In this document: piece by piece, positions 1 to 11,465 of the stretch
Numbering within the stretch: the first letter of the stretch is position 1
Layout of the letters: each line of letters opens with the position of its first letter
NCBI GenBank assembly: GCA_030390025.1
Contig: CM059440.1
Span: 65,720,001 to 65,784,000 of the forward strand
Direction: 5' to 3'
DNA length: 64,000 nt
Source of the DNA: Squalus acanthias
Lineage: Eukaryota
Translations under genes and position numbers: made by a program
Notes under the pieces: model-generated
The model's input: the letters and a program-made list of their open reading frames with translations, nothing else
The model's database searches: none
What the model was told of the DNA's origin: nothing

Positions 1-387
1 GAGGAGGCTGGAGAGAAAGGCCAGCCTGCGATCCCGGAGCACAGTGACACCCAGCTGGTAGAGAACAACCGCCGACAGAACGAAGATCACCGTGTTAAGC
101 AGCACTGCGGCGAACAGCAGCCGACTGTGGAGACTGAGCCGCCATTGGAGGGGTCCAAGCACTGTCTCCACCACTGCCCGCAGGCTCGCCGGAAACAATG
201 GCAGGAAAGCAAAGTTCTGCTCGTAGATGTAGCCAAATTCCGCTATAAACAGGAAGTGCTGTGCGTCCCAGCGAGAGAAACCGCTGAACAGGATCTCCAG
301 CAACACGTCGCCAGCGCTTGGACTGTGCAGTTGGGGCACTCGGAACGCGTCTGCTTTGTGGTCAGGAATCAGAGAATTAAACACCAT
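1..387 (-). CDS. PIGV: GPI mannosyltransferase 2 (PIG-V), second coding exon, truncated at window edge
   Basis: Acceptor ccttttccag at 388-397, then MVFNSLIPDHKADAF...FSRWDAQHFLFIAEFGYIYEQNFAFLPLFP..., matching the PIG-V WDAxHFLxIAxxGY...FAFxP motif; frame open to base 1. Confidence 0.93.
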   Translation of the reverse strand, partial: MVFNSLIPDHKADAFRVPQLHSPSAGDVLLEILFSGFSRWDAQHFLFIAEFGYIYEQNFAFLPLFPASLRAVVETVLGPLQWRLSLHSRLLFAAVLLNTVIFVLSAVVLYQLGVTVLRDRRLAFLSSLL

Positions 388-817
388 CTGGAAAAGGAGC
401 AGTGAGGCAGGGTAAATATTCTCTCCAGCAGGTAAATCCAGCATAAACCCACCCATAAAACTGTGTCAAACATAGAGACTACTGTTGGACAGCACGGATC
501 TTAAAGCATGTGTGCCCCCTTCAATGTTACTGCTTGACAAATCACATCCAGGTACCTCCCCCCAGACTGCAGGTACAAGTGTCTCTGAAGGAGCCACATT
601 TGTAATCAATTAAAAATGTTAATTACTAGAAAAATAGATTCTAAAAAATATCTGATCATAATTGGAGAAAATTGGATTATCTATCGGTTCGAGCCCTGGT
701 TTAGTGCCTGTGGGATCGAGCCACACGAAACTGGAACCTCCTCGTTTCCAGCCAGTCTGTGCTGAGAGAACAGCACTCTGCAGGAGCAGGGCCGAGGAGG
801 TACGCTGGGGTCCAGTT

Positions 818-1013
818 TCCCAGCGAGAGTCAGCCCCCTCAGGAACTGTACCCCAGCGAGAGTCAGCCCCCTCAGGAACTGTACCCCAGCGAGAGTCAGC
901 GCCCTCAGGAACTGTACCCCAGCGAGAGTCAGCGCCCTCAGGAACTGTACCCCAGCGACAATCAGCCCCCTCAGGAATTGTACCCCAGCGAGAGTCAGCA
1001 CCCTCAGGAAGTG
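818..1013. repeat. 33-bp minisatellite, ~6 copies
   Basis: Unit cagcgagagtcagc(c/g)ccctcaggaactgtaccc; explains the QRESAPSGTVP repeat ORFs. Confidence 0.95.
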
Positions 1014-1017
1014 TACA

Positions 1018-1780
1018 ACAACAACACCTTGTATTTATATAGCATCTTTAACATAGTAAAATGTCCCGAAGCACTTCACAGGAGCGTTAGCAAACAAAAA
1101 TTTGACATCGAGCCACATAAGGAGCTATTAGGACAGGTGACCAAAAGCTTGGTCAAAGAGGTAGGTTTTAAGGAGCGTCTTAAAGGAGGAGAGTTAGAGA
1201 GGCGGAGAGGTTCAGGAAGGGAATTCCAGAGCTTAGGGCCTAGGCAGCTGAAGGCTTGGCCGCCAATGGTGGAGCGATTAAAATTGGAGGAGTGCAGAGA
1301 TCTCGGAGGGTTGTAGGGCTGGAGGAGGTTACAGAGATAGGGAGGGCTGAGGCAATGGAGGGATTTGAAAAAAAAGGATGAGAATTTTAAAATCGAGATG
1401 CTGCCGGACTGGGAGCCCGAGGCTCAGCCAGTGTAGGTCAGCGAGCACAGGGGTGATGGCTGAGCGGAAAGAGAAGCCATTCCAGGTGATTCTCTGGCTA
1501 CGACTGGATAGATAGGAATGGAACCAGGCGAGGGCAGTCCCGCCCAGCTGGACAATGGTGGCGAGGCGTTGGAGGAGGATGGTGTGGTCAACCGTGCCAA
1601 TGGCTGCAGACAGGTCGAGAAGGATGAGGAGGCATAGTTTACCACGGTCACAGTCACATAGGATGTCATTTGTGGTTTTGATAAGTGCCATTTCAGTACT
1701 GTGGCAGGGGCGGAATCCTGATTGGAGGGATTCAAACATGGAAAGATAGGCATGGATTTGGGAGGGGACAACACGTTCAA
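1018..1780 (-). mobile_element. L2-clade LINE fragment (RT remnant plus 3' end, internally deleted)
   Basis: ORF 1329-1739 QSGFRPCHSTEMAL...LLDLSAA..TVDH joined to ITPVLADLHWL; tail gctatataaatacaag. Confidence 0.88.
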
Positions 1781-2071
1781 GGACGTGTACCCCAATATTG
1801 CTGTGAATTTCTCAGGCCCAGCACCGAATGGAGAGGAGTGGGGACTAATATAAGTCATGAACAGTCTGCATAACCAGGACCCTGTAAACACTGGTCAGCA
1901 CCCAGAGGGCATTGCCTGCGAAATGTCCCACAATTTAGGGACAGGAAATGAACACAGTCAGTGTTTAGAACACAAATACGTGAGCGTTTTCAATTCTCCT
2001 TGGGGTATTCCTTTAATCCATGAAATCGCGGTGCTGATTGGAACTGTGTGAGGATTGAAGTAGAGACTGAC

Positions 2072-2143
2072 CTGGAAAAGGATGGCCAGAATCCTGGAGC
2101 AAAGGGCAAAGTGCACGACCGATCGGAGGTCAGACGCTGCCAT
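2072..2143 (-). CDS. PIGV: PIG-V first coding exon (MAASDLRSVVHFALCSRILAILFQ)
   Basis: ATG at 2143 (agcATGg), 24 codons, donor CAG|GTCAGT at 2072, phase 0 into the next exon. Resembles human VLRFAVSCRILTLMLQ. Probable upstream acceptor ttcag at 2227. Confidence 0.88.
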
Positions 2144-2489
2144 GCTCCTGGTGCAGGTCTCCAATCAGATCACAGCACTGATCTTCTGCACAGTGACAGC
2201 AAACAATCCCTGTCATCTCACGATTCCTGAAGTTGGATTACAGAACGTTAATGGGAACATCCCAGAACAGAGTCACAAAGCAACAGGAAATGTTGTAAAT
2301 ACTGGCAACACAGCCGGTCAGTCAGGCTCTGAAAGAGAGAGAAGTTAGTGTCCGGTAGAAAATCTTAAACATGCAGCCACAAATGATCATCAGCCCATGG
2401 ACCTTGCTCCTTCCCATAGACGGTGGCTGATCCACACCCACCCCGACACCCCCTCATTCCCCAACCCAACTCTCCCCCAGTCAGTGTCT

Positions 2490-3400
2490 CCCTCTGCTCC
2501 AAGGAGAGCAATCCCAGCTTCTCCAATCTCTCCACGTAAATGAAGTCACTCATCCCTGGTTTCATCCTGGTAAGTCTCCTCTGTACCTTCTCCAAGCCCT
2601 TGACATCCTTCCTAAAGTGTGGTGCCAAAATGTACACAATACTCCAGCTGAGGCCTAACCAGTGATTTGTAAAGGTTTTGCATAACTTCCTTGTTATTAT
2701 ATTCAATGCCCCTATTTACAAAGCCAAGTATGCCATATGCTTTCTTAACTGCCTTATCAACTTGCCCTGCCACCCGCAAGGAATGGTGAATATGCACCCC
2801 CAGGTCCCTCTGCTCCTGCAACCCCCCTCAAAATAGTACCGTTTAGATTATACTGTCTCTCCCAAAGTGCATCACATCACTTATCCACATTAAATTGCAT
2901 CTGCCATGTGTTTGCCCATTGCGCCAATCTGTCTATGTCCTCCTAAAGTCTGCTACTATCCTGCTTACTACGTTGCCAAGTTTTCACACACACACACCCA
3001 CCCCCCCCCCCCAAATGGTCCCAATACTGATCCCCGTGGTACCCCTCTGCATACTTCTCTCCAGTCAGAAAAACATCCGTTCACCACTACTCTCTGCCTT
3101 CTATCCCTTAGCCAATTTCATACCCAAATTACCACCGTCCCTTTAATACCACATGCTTCTATTTTCCGAATAAGTCTGTTATGTGGCACTTTATTAAATG
3201 CCTTTTGAAAGTTCATAAATACAACATCTACTGCACTACCTTCATCAACCCTCTCTGTTACATAATCAAAGAACTCAATCAGGTTAGTCGGACACAATTT
3301 GACTAACAAATCTGTGCTGGCCGTCCCTTATTAACCTATGCTTCTCCAAGTGAGAACTAATTTTGTCCTCGACAATGGTCTCTAGTAGTTTTCCCACCAC
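2490..3400 (-). mobile_element. CR1 LINE fragment
   Basis: CR1 RT peptides FQKAFNKVPHNRL, KSLVRPQLEYCV, ERLEKLGLLSLEQR. Confidence 0.9.
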
Positions 3401-3654
3401 TAACGTTATGTCTTATATTACCCAGTAATCTTTTCTCATACTCTCTTTGGCCCGTCTTATATCTTTTTTCAATTTCCCCTCTGTATTGTGCCTGGTTTTC
3501 AACTGTATTCTGTACCAGACATAAACCTCCTTTTTCGGTTTTATTTTAACCTCTATTTCCTTTATCATTCAGGGAGCTCTAACTTTGGATGCCCCATCTT
3601 TCCTCCTTATGCAAATATGCTTGGTTTGTACCCAAACTATCTCCGCCTTGAAGG

Positions 3655-4010
3655 CCTTATGAAGGGGTTTGATAGGGTAGATGTAGAAAAGATGTTTCCA
3701 CTTGTGGGGGAGTCCAAAGCTAGCGGCCATAAATATAAGATAGTCACTAATAAATCCAATAGGGAATTCAGGAGAAACTTCATTACTCAGAGTGATTAGA
3801 ATGTAGAACTCGCTACCACAAGGAATTGCTGAGGCGAATAGCATATATGCATTTAAGAAGAAGCTAGATAAACACATGAGGGAGAAAGGAGTGGAAGGAT
3901 ATGCAGATAGGGTTAGATGAAGAGGGGTTGGAGGAGGCTCGTGTGAAGCATAAACACAGACAGGGACCAGTTGGGCCGAATGGCCTGTTTCTGTGCTGTA
4001 GATTCTATGC
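3655..4010 (+). mobile_element. CR1 LINE 3' end
   Basis: MKGFDRVDVEKMFPL...FRRNF and tail gggccgaatggcctgtttctgtgctgtagattctatg. Confidence 0.88.
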
Positions 4011-4093
4011 GATATATGCAGGGAGTCCCTGGGAGTGTCAGTATTCACAGGGGCTCCCCAGGACTGTCAATATTTGTAGAGGGTCCCAGGGAG

Positions 4094-4219
4094 TAAAGTT
4101 CCCTGTAAGCTGCCAGGGACCCCGCGCAGCCGTCTTGCCAGCTTTTCAATGAGAAAAACCGCGCATGTGTGGTATTTTGATGGCCCACGCGACGCCAAAC
4201 AAAATTACAGGGAACATTG
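4094..4219. mobile_element. hAT-type MITE (older copy)
   Basis: TIRs taaagttccctgtaa / ttacagggaacattg (13/15); degenerate 8-bp TSD ccagggag / cctgggcg. Confidence 0.65.
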
Positions 4220-4514
4220 CCTGGGCGTCTGTCAATATTGGTACAGGATCCCTGGGAGTGTGTCAATATTTGTAGGGTCTCTGCATGTGACAATATTTCA
4301 AGGGAGCCTCCTATACAGTAAAGCTTGAAAACGACTGGGTCTAAACCGATGTCCTTTCCGGCCAAATTTGAGCTGCTATCTATGAAAGCTGTGGCCTTTT
4401 TGTATTTATTGCAGTCAGCTTCTAAGCTGTAGATAACACAAGCATTACCCTTCTAATTCAGAGGTGAGAGTGTTACCAAAAGTAAATCAGGCAAGAAGGG
4501 AGCTTGCTGTGCAC

Positions 4515-4930
4515 AAATTGAATGTGAGGAGAATTTTTTTTATGCAGCGAGTTGTGATCTGGAATGCACTGCCTGAAAGGCTGGTGGAAGCAGATTCAAT
4601 AATAACTTTCAAAAGGGCATTGGATAAATACATTAAAAGGAATAATTTGCCAGGCTATGGGGAAAGAGCAGGGGAGTGGGACAATGTTCCCCCAAATTTT
4701 AAATTTGGGTGTGCGGTCCCTTTAACGGGCTGCGCAGCCCATTCAAAGTTTCGCGCATGAACGAAATTTCACATTGGAAAAGCCAGTTCCGTGCTGCATG
4801 GGACCAGCAGACTGCTGCGCAACTTAGAGGGAACGTTGGAGTGGGACTAATTGGATAGCTCTTTCAAAGAGCACAGGCACAATGGGCCGAATGGCTGTAT
4901 CCTTTTGTGTTGTATCATTCTATGATTCTA
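4515..4930 (+). mobile_element. CR1 LINE 3' end, interrupted by a MITE
   Basis: QRVVIWNALPERLVEA peptide and attctatgattcta tail. Confidence 0.85.
4682..4838. mobile_element. hAT-type MITE, 157 bp
   Basis: TIRs caatgttccc / gggaacgttg with perfect 8-bp TSD gagtggga (4674-4681, 4839-4846). Confidence 0.85.
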
Positions 4931-5304
4931 AAGCACTTGTGTAAGGCGCTGCATAAATGCAAGTCCTTTTTCCATTTGCAGCTCAATCTTGCACTACTCC
5001 TGCTTTCCCTCACAGTCCAGAATGGCAGCTTTCAATTTCCACAATAACAACTTGCATTTATGTTGTGCCTTTAACGTAGTAAAACATCCCAAGGTAGCAA
5101 TTGATAGCAAAACTCTTCCTGTCCTAGGATTAAAAATTCATTGGTTTGATGAGACATATTTAGGCAGATACCCGAGAGCTGTCGCTGGTTTGTAACCAAT
5201 CTCTACCTCATTCAATCAGATTGCAGCTGGATCTCCCCAGCCCCAGTGATGTGCTGCCGTTGGAACTAGACTCCTGTTGCATGTCCTTCTTGCCAGATTT
5301 AATT

Positions 5305-5820
5305 TTGGTAGCATTCTCACCTCTGAATCAGAAGATTGTGGGTTCAAGCCCCACTCCAGTACTTGAGCACACAGTCTAGGCTGACACTGCAGTTCGGTAC
5401 AGAGAACGCTGCAGTCGGAGGGTCAGTACAGAGGGAGTGCTGCACTGTCGGAGGGTCAGTACTGAGGGAGTGGAGCGCTGAACTGTCGGAGGGTCAATAC
5501 TCAGGGAGCACTGCACTGTCAGAGGGGCCTTCCCTCGAATGAGATGTTAAGCCAAGTCCCGTATGCTGCTCCAATTTCAGTAAAAGATCCCACGGCACTA
5601 TTCGTAAAGCAAATAGTTCTCCACGGTATCCTGGCCAACATTCCTCCCTCAAACACCACCACCAAAAACCAGATTCATCATTTCACTGATCTTTCTGGAA
5701 TCTTGCTGTGTGCGATTTGGTGTCCACAAATCATTAGATAAGAGTGACTACACTTCAAAATAATTTTTCGTACATTAAGGGCTTTGGAATGTTTTAAAGT
5801 GAAGGACACTAGATAAATGT
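5305..5820 (+). mobile_element. tRNA-derived DeuSINE (SacSINE1-like) with internal ~33-bp tandem expansion
   Basis: B-box ggttcaagccc, Deu-like core aaagatcccacggcactatt...cctggccaa; homologous to 11025-11465. Confidence 0.8.
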
Positions 5821-6239
5821 TCACTGTATGAACAGACTCCGAGAGTCTCAGACACAAAGAATCTCAATACAGAGCACTTTACCACAAGAGGCCACTGAGC
5901 TGGAGACAGAAATTGGGGGGAGAATCTGACTGGGAAGAACGTGAAGGGATCCAGGGAAATGGGATTACAGCAGCTCCTGTGAAGCAGCCGCCACTCCACC
6001 CGCCAGGTGCTGGGTGAATGGGATCCTTCTTGTGCTGTGATTTCTCGATGAAAAGCAGCTTTAACGGATCCTGTCAGAGACCTGCAGTTACTGATGGAAC
6101 ATTAACGGGGTCAGAGGCATTCAATGCCTTAGAGGTCTGGAGGTGTGTGTCCGAGTTTGGGGGGGGGAGGGAATTTGGTTTTGGGGGTCTCGGGTTTGTG
6201 GGGGGGGTCCCCTGGGTTTGGACGCTGTTGTTATGGAGA

Positions 6240-6500
6240 CGCTTCGCTTCCTGCGTCGAAGCCGCGCATTGGGCCAGTGTCTGAGGCCCGGCCGCCAGTC
6301 CTCGGTCTCCCGTTTGCCGGCCCCGGTTCCCGCTCACTCACCGCCTCCACTGGACAGCAAAATCGAACTTGACCTTCTGCAATTTCTTCCGGGGGAAACG
6401 CCGCATCGCCTGCTGGGAATTACTGGCAAGTGGCTGCGCAGTAAAGTGAAGGAGGCGGCTGCCATTTTTGTTACTGGCAGTAATTCCAGTGGGAGGAAGA
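6240..6500 (-). promoter_or_regulatory. PIGV: CpG-rich promoter and non-coding first exon of PIGV (exon about 6342-6480)
   Basis: Local CpG enrichment, YY1-like AAAATGGCAGCCGCC (6454-6468), ETS CCGGAAG (~6386-6392), ZNF143-like AATTCCCAGCA (~6411-6421), donor GCG|GTGAGT at 6342. Confidence 0.7.
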
Positions 6501-6595
6501 CATGATCTGAGTGCTGGCACTGGGCATCAGTGGCTCCCACCTCCTGTATTTCTGATGCTCAGAGGCACAGCTGACTCGGGCTCGCTGCTGGAAAA

Positions 6596-6940
6596 AACTT
6601 GCACATACAATGGATTACTCGAAGTGTAGGCAAAGACAGCAGCTAATCTGTGCACAACAAGGTCCCACAAACAGAAATGAGATAAATGACCAGTTAATCT
6701 GTTTTTCATGTTATTGGTTGAGGGAGGATTATTGAACACCCTGCTCTTCTCCCACTAGCCGCATAGCTTCTCTACCTTTCATCTCAAAATGCAGATGGAG
6801 CCTCGGTTTAACAGCTCGCCTCGGTTTAACAGCTCACTTGAAAAATGGCACCTCTGACAATGTAGCATTCCCCCAGTACTGCACTGATCTAGCAGCCTAG
6901 ATCAGTGTTTGAATCAGAGTGGGGCTTGATTCAGAGGGTA
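6596..6940 (-). mobile_element. DeuSINE (SacSINE1-like), degraded
   Basis: Reverse complement similar to 11025-11465; contains an 18-bp duplication gcctcggtttaacagctc. Confidence 0.7.
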
Positions 6941-7521
6941 GTGTTACAGGGAAGAAAACTGAAATATTAAGAAAAGCAACATTTGTGACTGTAAATTAAT
7001 ATTTGTCAAAGCGGGTAGTAGGTGAGGCTGAAACATAATGAAATGTGAAAATAGGGAGCACTTTAAACATACCGTTAGAGGTGCAAATCCACTTGACAGT
7101 GATCGACAGGCTCCTGCAAAGGGCAGTGAGTGGAAACCTCAACAGCCACGACGGGGGCACCTTGGGGTTTTCTTTCCGGATGAGCTAAGATGGGCTGAAT
7201 TGTACTATGTGTAACCACCCAGCAAGTCCTTGTACAAGTCAGTCTGCTCAGAGATTCTTTGATTAAGAATTATTTTTCTTTGTAAAATGGTAAAGCATTC
7301 TCTAATGAGAATGGATCTCTGGAAGGAGCTGCTGAGAGATCCATTCTCTCCATCACTGGCCTGTGAACTTACCCAGTTCTGGGACATCATCAAGTCATCT
7401 GTGGCCAGGATAGAACACTCAATGGTTAAAAAAGATCACCTCACATCTCTCCGTTGGTGCCCCTGACTGAGCTTTCTTTCACTCATACATATTTTCCCCT
7501 CCGACGAACACCTTACTGCAT

Positions 7522-7556
7522 GTTCTGATGAAAGGTCATCGACCTGAAACGTTAAC
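7522..7556 (+). ncRNA. Minimal type I hammerhead ribozyme motif
   Basis: gtt-CTGATGA-a-aggtc(atc)gacct-GAAA-cgtt-aac: both core boxes, 5-bp stem II, palindromic stem III, 3-bp stem I. Confidence 0.65.
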
Positions 7557-7653
7557 TCTCTTTCTCTCTCCACGGATGCTGCCTGGCCTGCTGAGTTTTT
7601 CCAGCGTTTTCTGTTGTTATTTCAGATTTCCAGCATCCGCAGTATTTTGCTAT
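7524..7653 (+). mobile_element. Short Penelope-like non-autonomous element starting at a hammerhead core
   Basis: 15-bp TSD caccttactgcatgt (7509-7523, 7654-7668); homologues near 10113, 41442 and 51621. Confidence 0.8.
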
Positions 7654-8704
7654 CACCTTACTGCATGTACAACATTTCAGGTGCAGGACTCCTTTTGGTG
7701 AGACTGCCTTGCCCCACCTCTGCTGGTCTTGTTCTATATTCATAGACCACAAAAACCTGGGTTTACAAGTCTGGCCGAAAGATAAGACAGATTTCGCACC
7801 AAAAATAGCAAGAGCTGGATCGGAGAATCCAGAATCCGAATTAACCTCGGCCGAGACTAGCACAGCTGTTCCTCCTCATCCACAGCAGAAGAACTGCTGC
7901 TGTTCCCGTTGCTGATGGCACAATCCTTCACACAGCAGTGAACTGCCCATCCCAGGGCCTGAATCACTGCAGGTCAAGAGACACAGAACATAAGAAATAG
8001 GAGCAGGCCCCCTCAAGCCTGCCCCGCCATTCAACAGAACAAGGCGACAGGTACAAAGTAACAATGCTGCTGTTTGGACTGAAACTCCACATCTACTTTT
8101 GGAAATCTAGAAACTTCTTCCAGCAGGGGCATTTCCCACGGTCTGACTGCTACGAAAGAAACAGTATTATCGGGAGGAGTTTGCAGGTGTATTGGAAGTG
8201 AGTTAAGCAAGACCTCCCCCCTCTCTGGAGACTGCAAGCTACAATTTAACAAATCATGGGCGGACATGCAAATCAGTGAAGGTTCAATAAATACCTGAAC
8301 TCTGGGATTCTATCGCTGCCACACAGGAGGGTTGGATGTAGTCCCCGATAGTGACATGGAAGTAGGAACCACAATCAATCCTCATAACAGTAACCTCAGT
8401 GCAGGGCAGTGTAGGCCACATCATGTAGGTTCCCTTTCAGAAGACCATCAGTGAACCCATGGACCTGTCATCTGACGTCAGCTGAGGAATTACCACTGTC
8501 ATAACTCACCCTGGTAGCAGCTAGGTTGTTAGTGCAGCACCATAACCGTGACACTACAATCTCCATTAACTACTGATCTTACTCTTCGGAGCCTTGTATC
8601 TGTCCTGAAATAATTGATGTTATTCTAGCTGCATGGAAGATTTTATACCCCACTCATCCTTGTATCAGATCTGCGCCTATATTTCACCCATTGCACTTGG
8701 TATC

Positions 8705-9366
8705 TGTTGTTCTAGTGTATAATATAATAGGGAAAATAATACAGAAGTCAGTATTAATATCTTTGTATTACGAGAATGTATTCTGTGTAAGAAGCCAACA
8801 TGGTTTAGATTAGGTCGTTTGAATTCCCCCGCGGAATCCTAAGTAAGCAGAAGGTGTTAGGTTAATGCAATTTAAGAAGCACCGGGTTTGTGTAAAAATT
8901 ATAGCTCGTTTGGAGCCAAAATGTTTACATTTTAGCTGTTAGCATTCTATTAAGGTGGGAAGTTTATAACCATGGAAATTTGTCTTATCTCCCAAACAAA
9001 GCCACGTTCCACTGAGAATAAAGCAAATGTGGTATAACATCGCCATCTATTGGTGTTGTAGGGTATGACAAAGATCATGTGACAAGCTCAGAATTGATGG
9101 GATCAGAGCAAGTCACCTGAAATTGTCCATCTAGGTGTATAAATACACTCACTTTCAGTAATTCTTTGGTATTCTGTGCTGAGAACTCGTCTGGATTGGA
9201 ATTAGAGTTGGAGGCAGACCCGAGGGATATCCTACTAGTAAGCGTATAGATGTATTTCTTGCTTGTACTTTCTGTTGATAAAACGAGTAAGCTGATTTAA
9301 CTTTGGCATCCGCACCTATATAATTTGGATTAATCTACTCTGTTGATCTAACAATATATTATACGC
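8705..9366 (+). mobile_element. Solo-LTR-like element, boundaries ambiguous
   Basis: AT-rich ~650 bp with tgttg...ctaaca ends, TATAAATA near 9138 and downstream ataaaa; no clean TSD. Confidence 0.45.
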
Positions 9367-10112
9367 ACGCGAAGAAGTGCTGTATCCTGCACTCTGCATT
9401 AATCAATTTCATTCACTTCACCGCTTTTAGTGCACACAACATCCAATCTTCTTGCAGTGCATTGCCTGAATCACCAAAACTTGATCTTCTCTACATCCTT
9501 TAATGAGGCATGAACATGTTTTTCAATCCTTCATGTGTATTACATGTCTAACTAACAACTACCACTTCTATACATTTAATGGTCCCACACATGGTCGTTC
9601 TTCATCAGTCTTGGCCTCACTATCTCGCCTGACCTTGAATGGGCCTCACTCATCTCCATTGCTAAATCTGCCTCGAAGAAGCTTGGCTCCCCCCTTTTAT
9701 GTCAAACACTTGCTTTCCTTTCAACAATTCTTTCTCTGAAGGCCAAGTCAGTCCAGCCTTGACTACTGCTCCCATAGTTGGGAGGCTCTGCTAATCCCAG
9801 TGTCTCACTCCTGAACAGGTTGTAAGAAAAACCTCTACATGTGATTAGTAATCAGCTCTTTTCTATGTCTAGCCTCCAAACTCCCCCTCTCTTCCCATCA
9901 GAGCTTTCATCTCCATTGCATCAACGCTATGGTCAATGTTGCTCTGAAGTTCCCCTCATTCCTCAAGCTGCAAATACACAACCTTACACATTTCCCCCTC
10001 CTTCCTACAGTCTCATCGTATTATAAGATTTCATCAAATTCTCTTAAACCCTTTAATCTTGAATCTCCACGACTCTTAACCTTTGTTTTTCTTCGTTTTG
10101 CCAGGAAACTAA

Positions 10113-10240
10113 GAGCAAAATGCTGCAGAAGCTAGAAATCTGAAACAGAAACAGAAAAAAAAGATACACTCAGCAAGTTAGACAGCTCCGGTCGAGAGCA
10201 CAAGTCAACGTTTCAGGTGGGTAACCAGCACTCAGAACGG
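10113..10240 (-). mobile_element. Degenerate copy of the Penelope-like hammerhead mini-element
   Basis: Reverse reads gttctgag...cacctgaaacgttgac...ctgagtgt...ttcagatttctagcttctgcagcattttgct. Confidence 0.65.
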
Positions 10241-11024
10241 AGAAAAAACAACTTTGCAAGAGATCAGTGAAATCTCAGCGAGGGGGGCAGGTGTTGCGCT
10301 ATACAAATCGCTGTTGTTGAGTAACCTTTTGGAAGTTGGCCAGATTCAAATTGCTCGACTCATTGGCTTTCACCAACTTTCAGGACTTATGTTTTTGGGA
10401 CAGGAAGTCCACTCAGCCTGTTCACTTTTCTCCTCCATTATTGATGATCTTAGTAAACGTCTCTCCATTGCTCCCTTCTCTAACTATTAAACTGAATCAA
10501 GTTTTATCCCAGATGGTTAGTTTGATCTTAAGCCATCTGGATTCCAGTAAGACCGCTGTTCCTGATGTTATCCCTCCCTTAGCCCCAAGATGTTGCCCCT
10601 GTCCTGTGCCAGCTGACCTTTCCATCCGCTTAGTATTTTGCTCACCTTTTACCTATCCTTAAGAAAAGTTGTCCCCTTACCTTTCAAACTACTGCTTTCA
10701 TTGCTCTCACCTCAGTAATTTCTAGTTATGGAAGCTATTAACTCTCAAATAAGGCTGAATTCATTAGTGAGCAGGCACAAATTTAAAGAACAAGGAGTGG
10801 TGAGAATTATTTTACACAGAGGATCACCTTCAAAGACACCTTTCTTTATGCCCTTTAAAAGTCGACTCAAGGTACAGCAACTTTCCCCTTCCATGGCTCC
10901 ACCCATAGCCTTCATCTATTAACATTCTTGGCCTTACTATCTCCACTAACCTCACGTAGAACACCTCCATCACCAAAGCTGCCTCCAAGCAGCTTCTTCT
11001 TTTGCTCTGAACACTTCTGAACAG

Positions 11025-11465
11025 TGTCAGCTGTGGCTCAGTTGGTAGCACACTCGCTTCTGAGTCAGAAGGTTGTGGGTTCAAGTCCCACTCCAGGGAC
11101 TTGAGCACATAAAGCTAGGCTGAGGGAGTGCTGCACTGTCGGAGGTGCCGTCTTTCGGATGAGACGTTAAACCAAGGCCCTGTCTGCTCTCAGGTGGACG
11201 AAAAAGATCCCATGACACTATTTCGAAGAGATCGGAGTTCTCCCCGGTGTCCTGGCCAATATTTATCCCTCAACCAACATAACAAAAAACAGATTATCTG
11301 GTCATTATCACATTGCTGTTTTGGGACCTTGCTGTGTGTAAATTGGCTGCCGCATTTCCCACATTACAACAGTGACTTCACTTCAAAAGTACTTCATTGA
11401 CTGTGAAGCGCTTTGAGACGTTCGGTGTCGTGAAAGGCGCTATATAAATGCAAGTCTTTCTTTCT
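11025..11465 (+). mobile_element. Full-length tRNA-derived DeuSINE (SacSINE1-like)
   Basis: A-box tggctcagttgg, B-box ggttcaagtcc, Deu core ggatgagacgttaaacc...aagatcccatg...cctggccaatatttatccctcaacc, L2-like tail aaaggcgctatataaatgcaag(tctt)n. Confidence 0.88.

Noticed and set aside
11025-11100. tRNA-like A and B boxes
   Set aside because: SINE head continuing into Deu core and tail; no complete cloverleaf.
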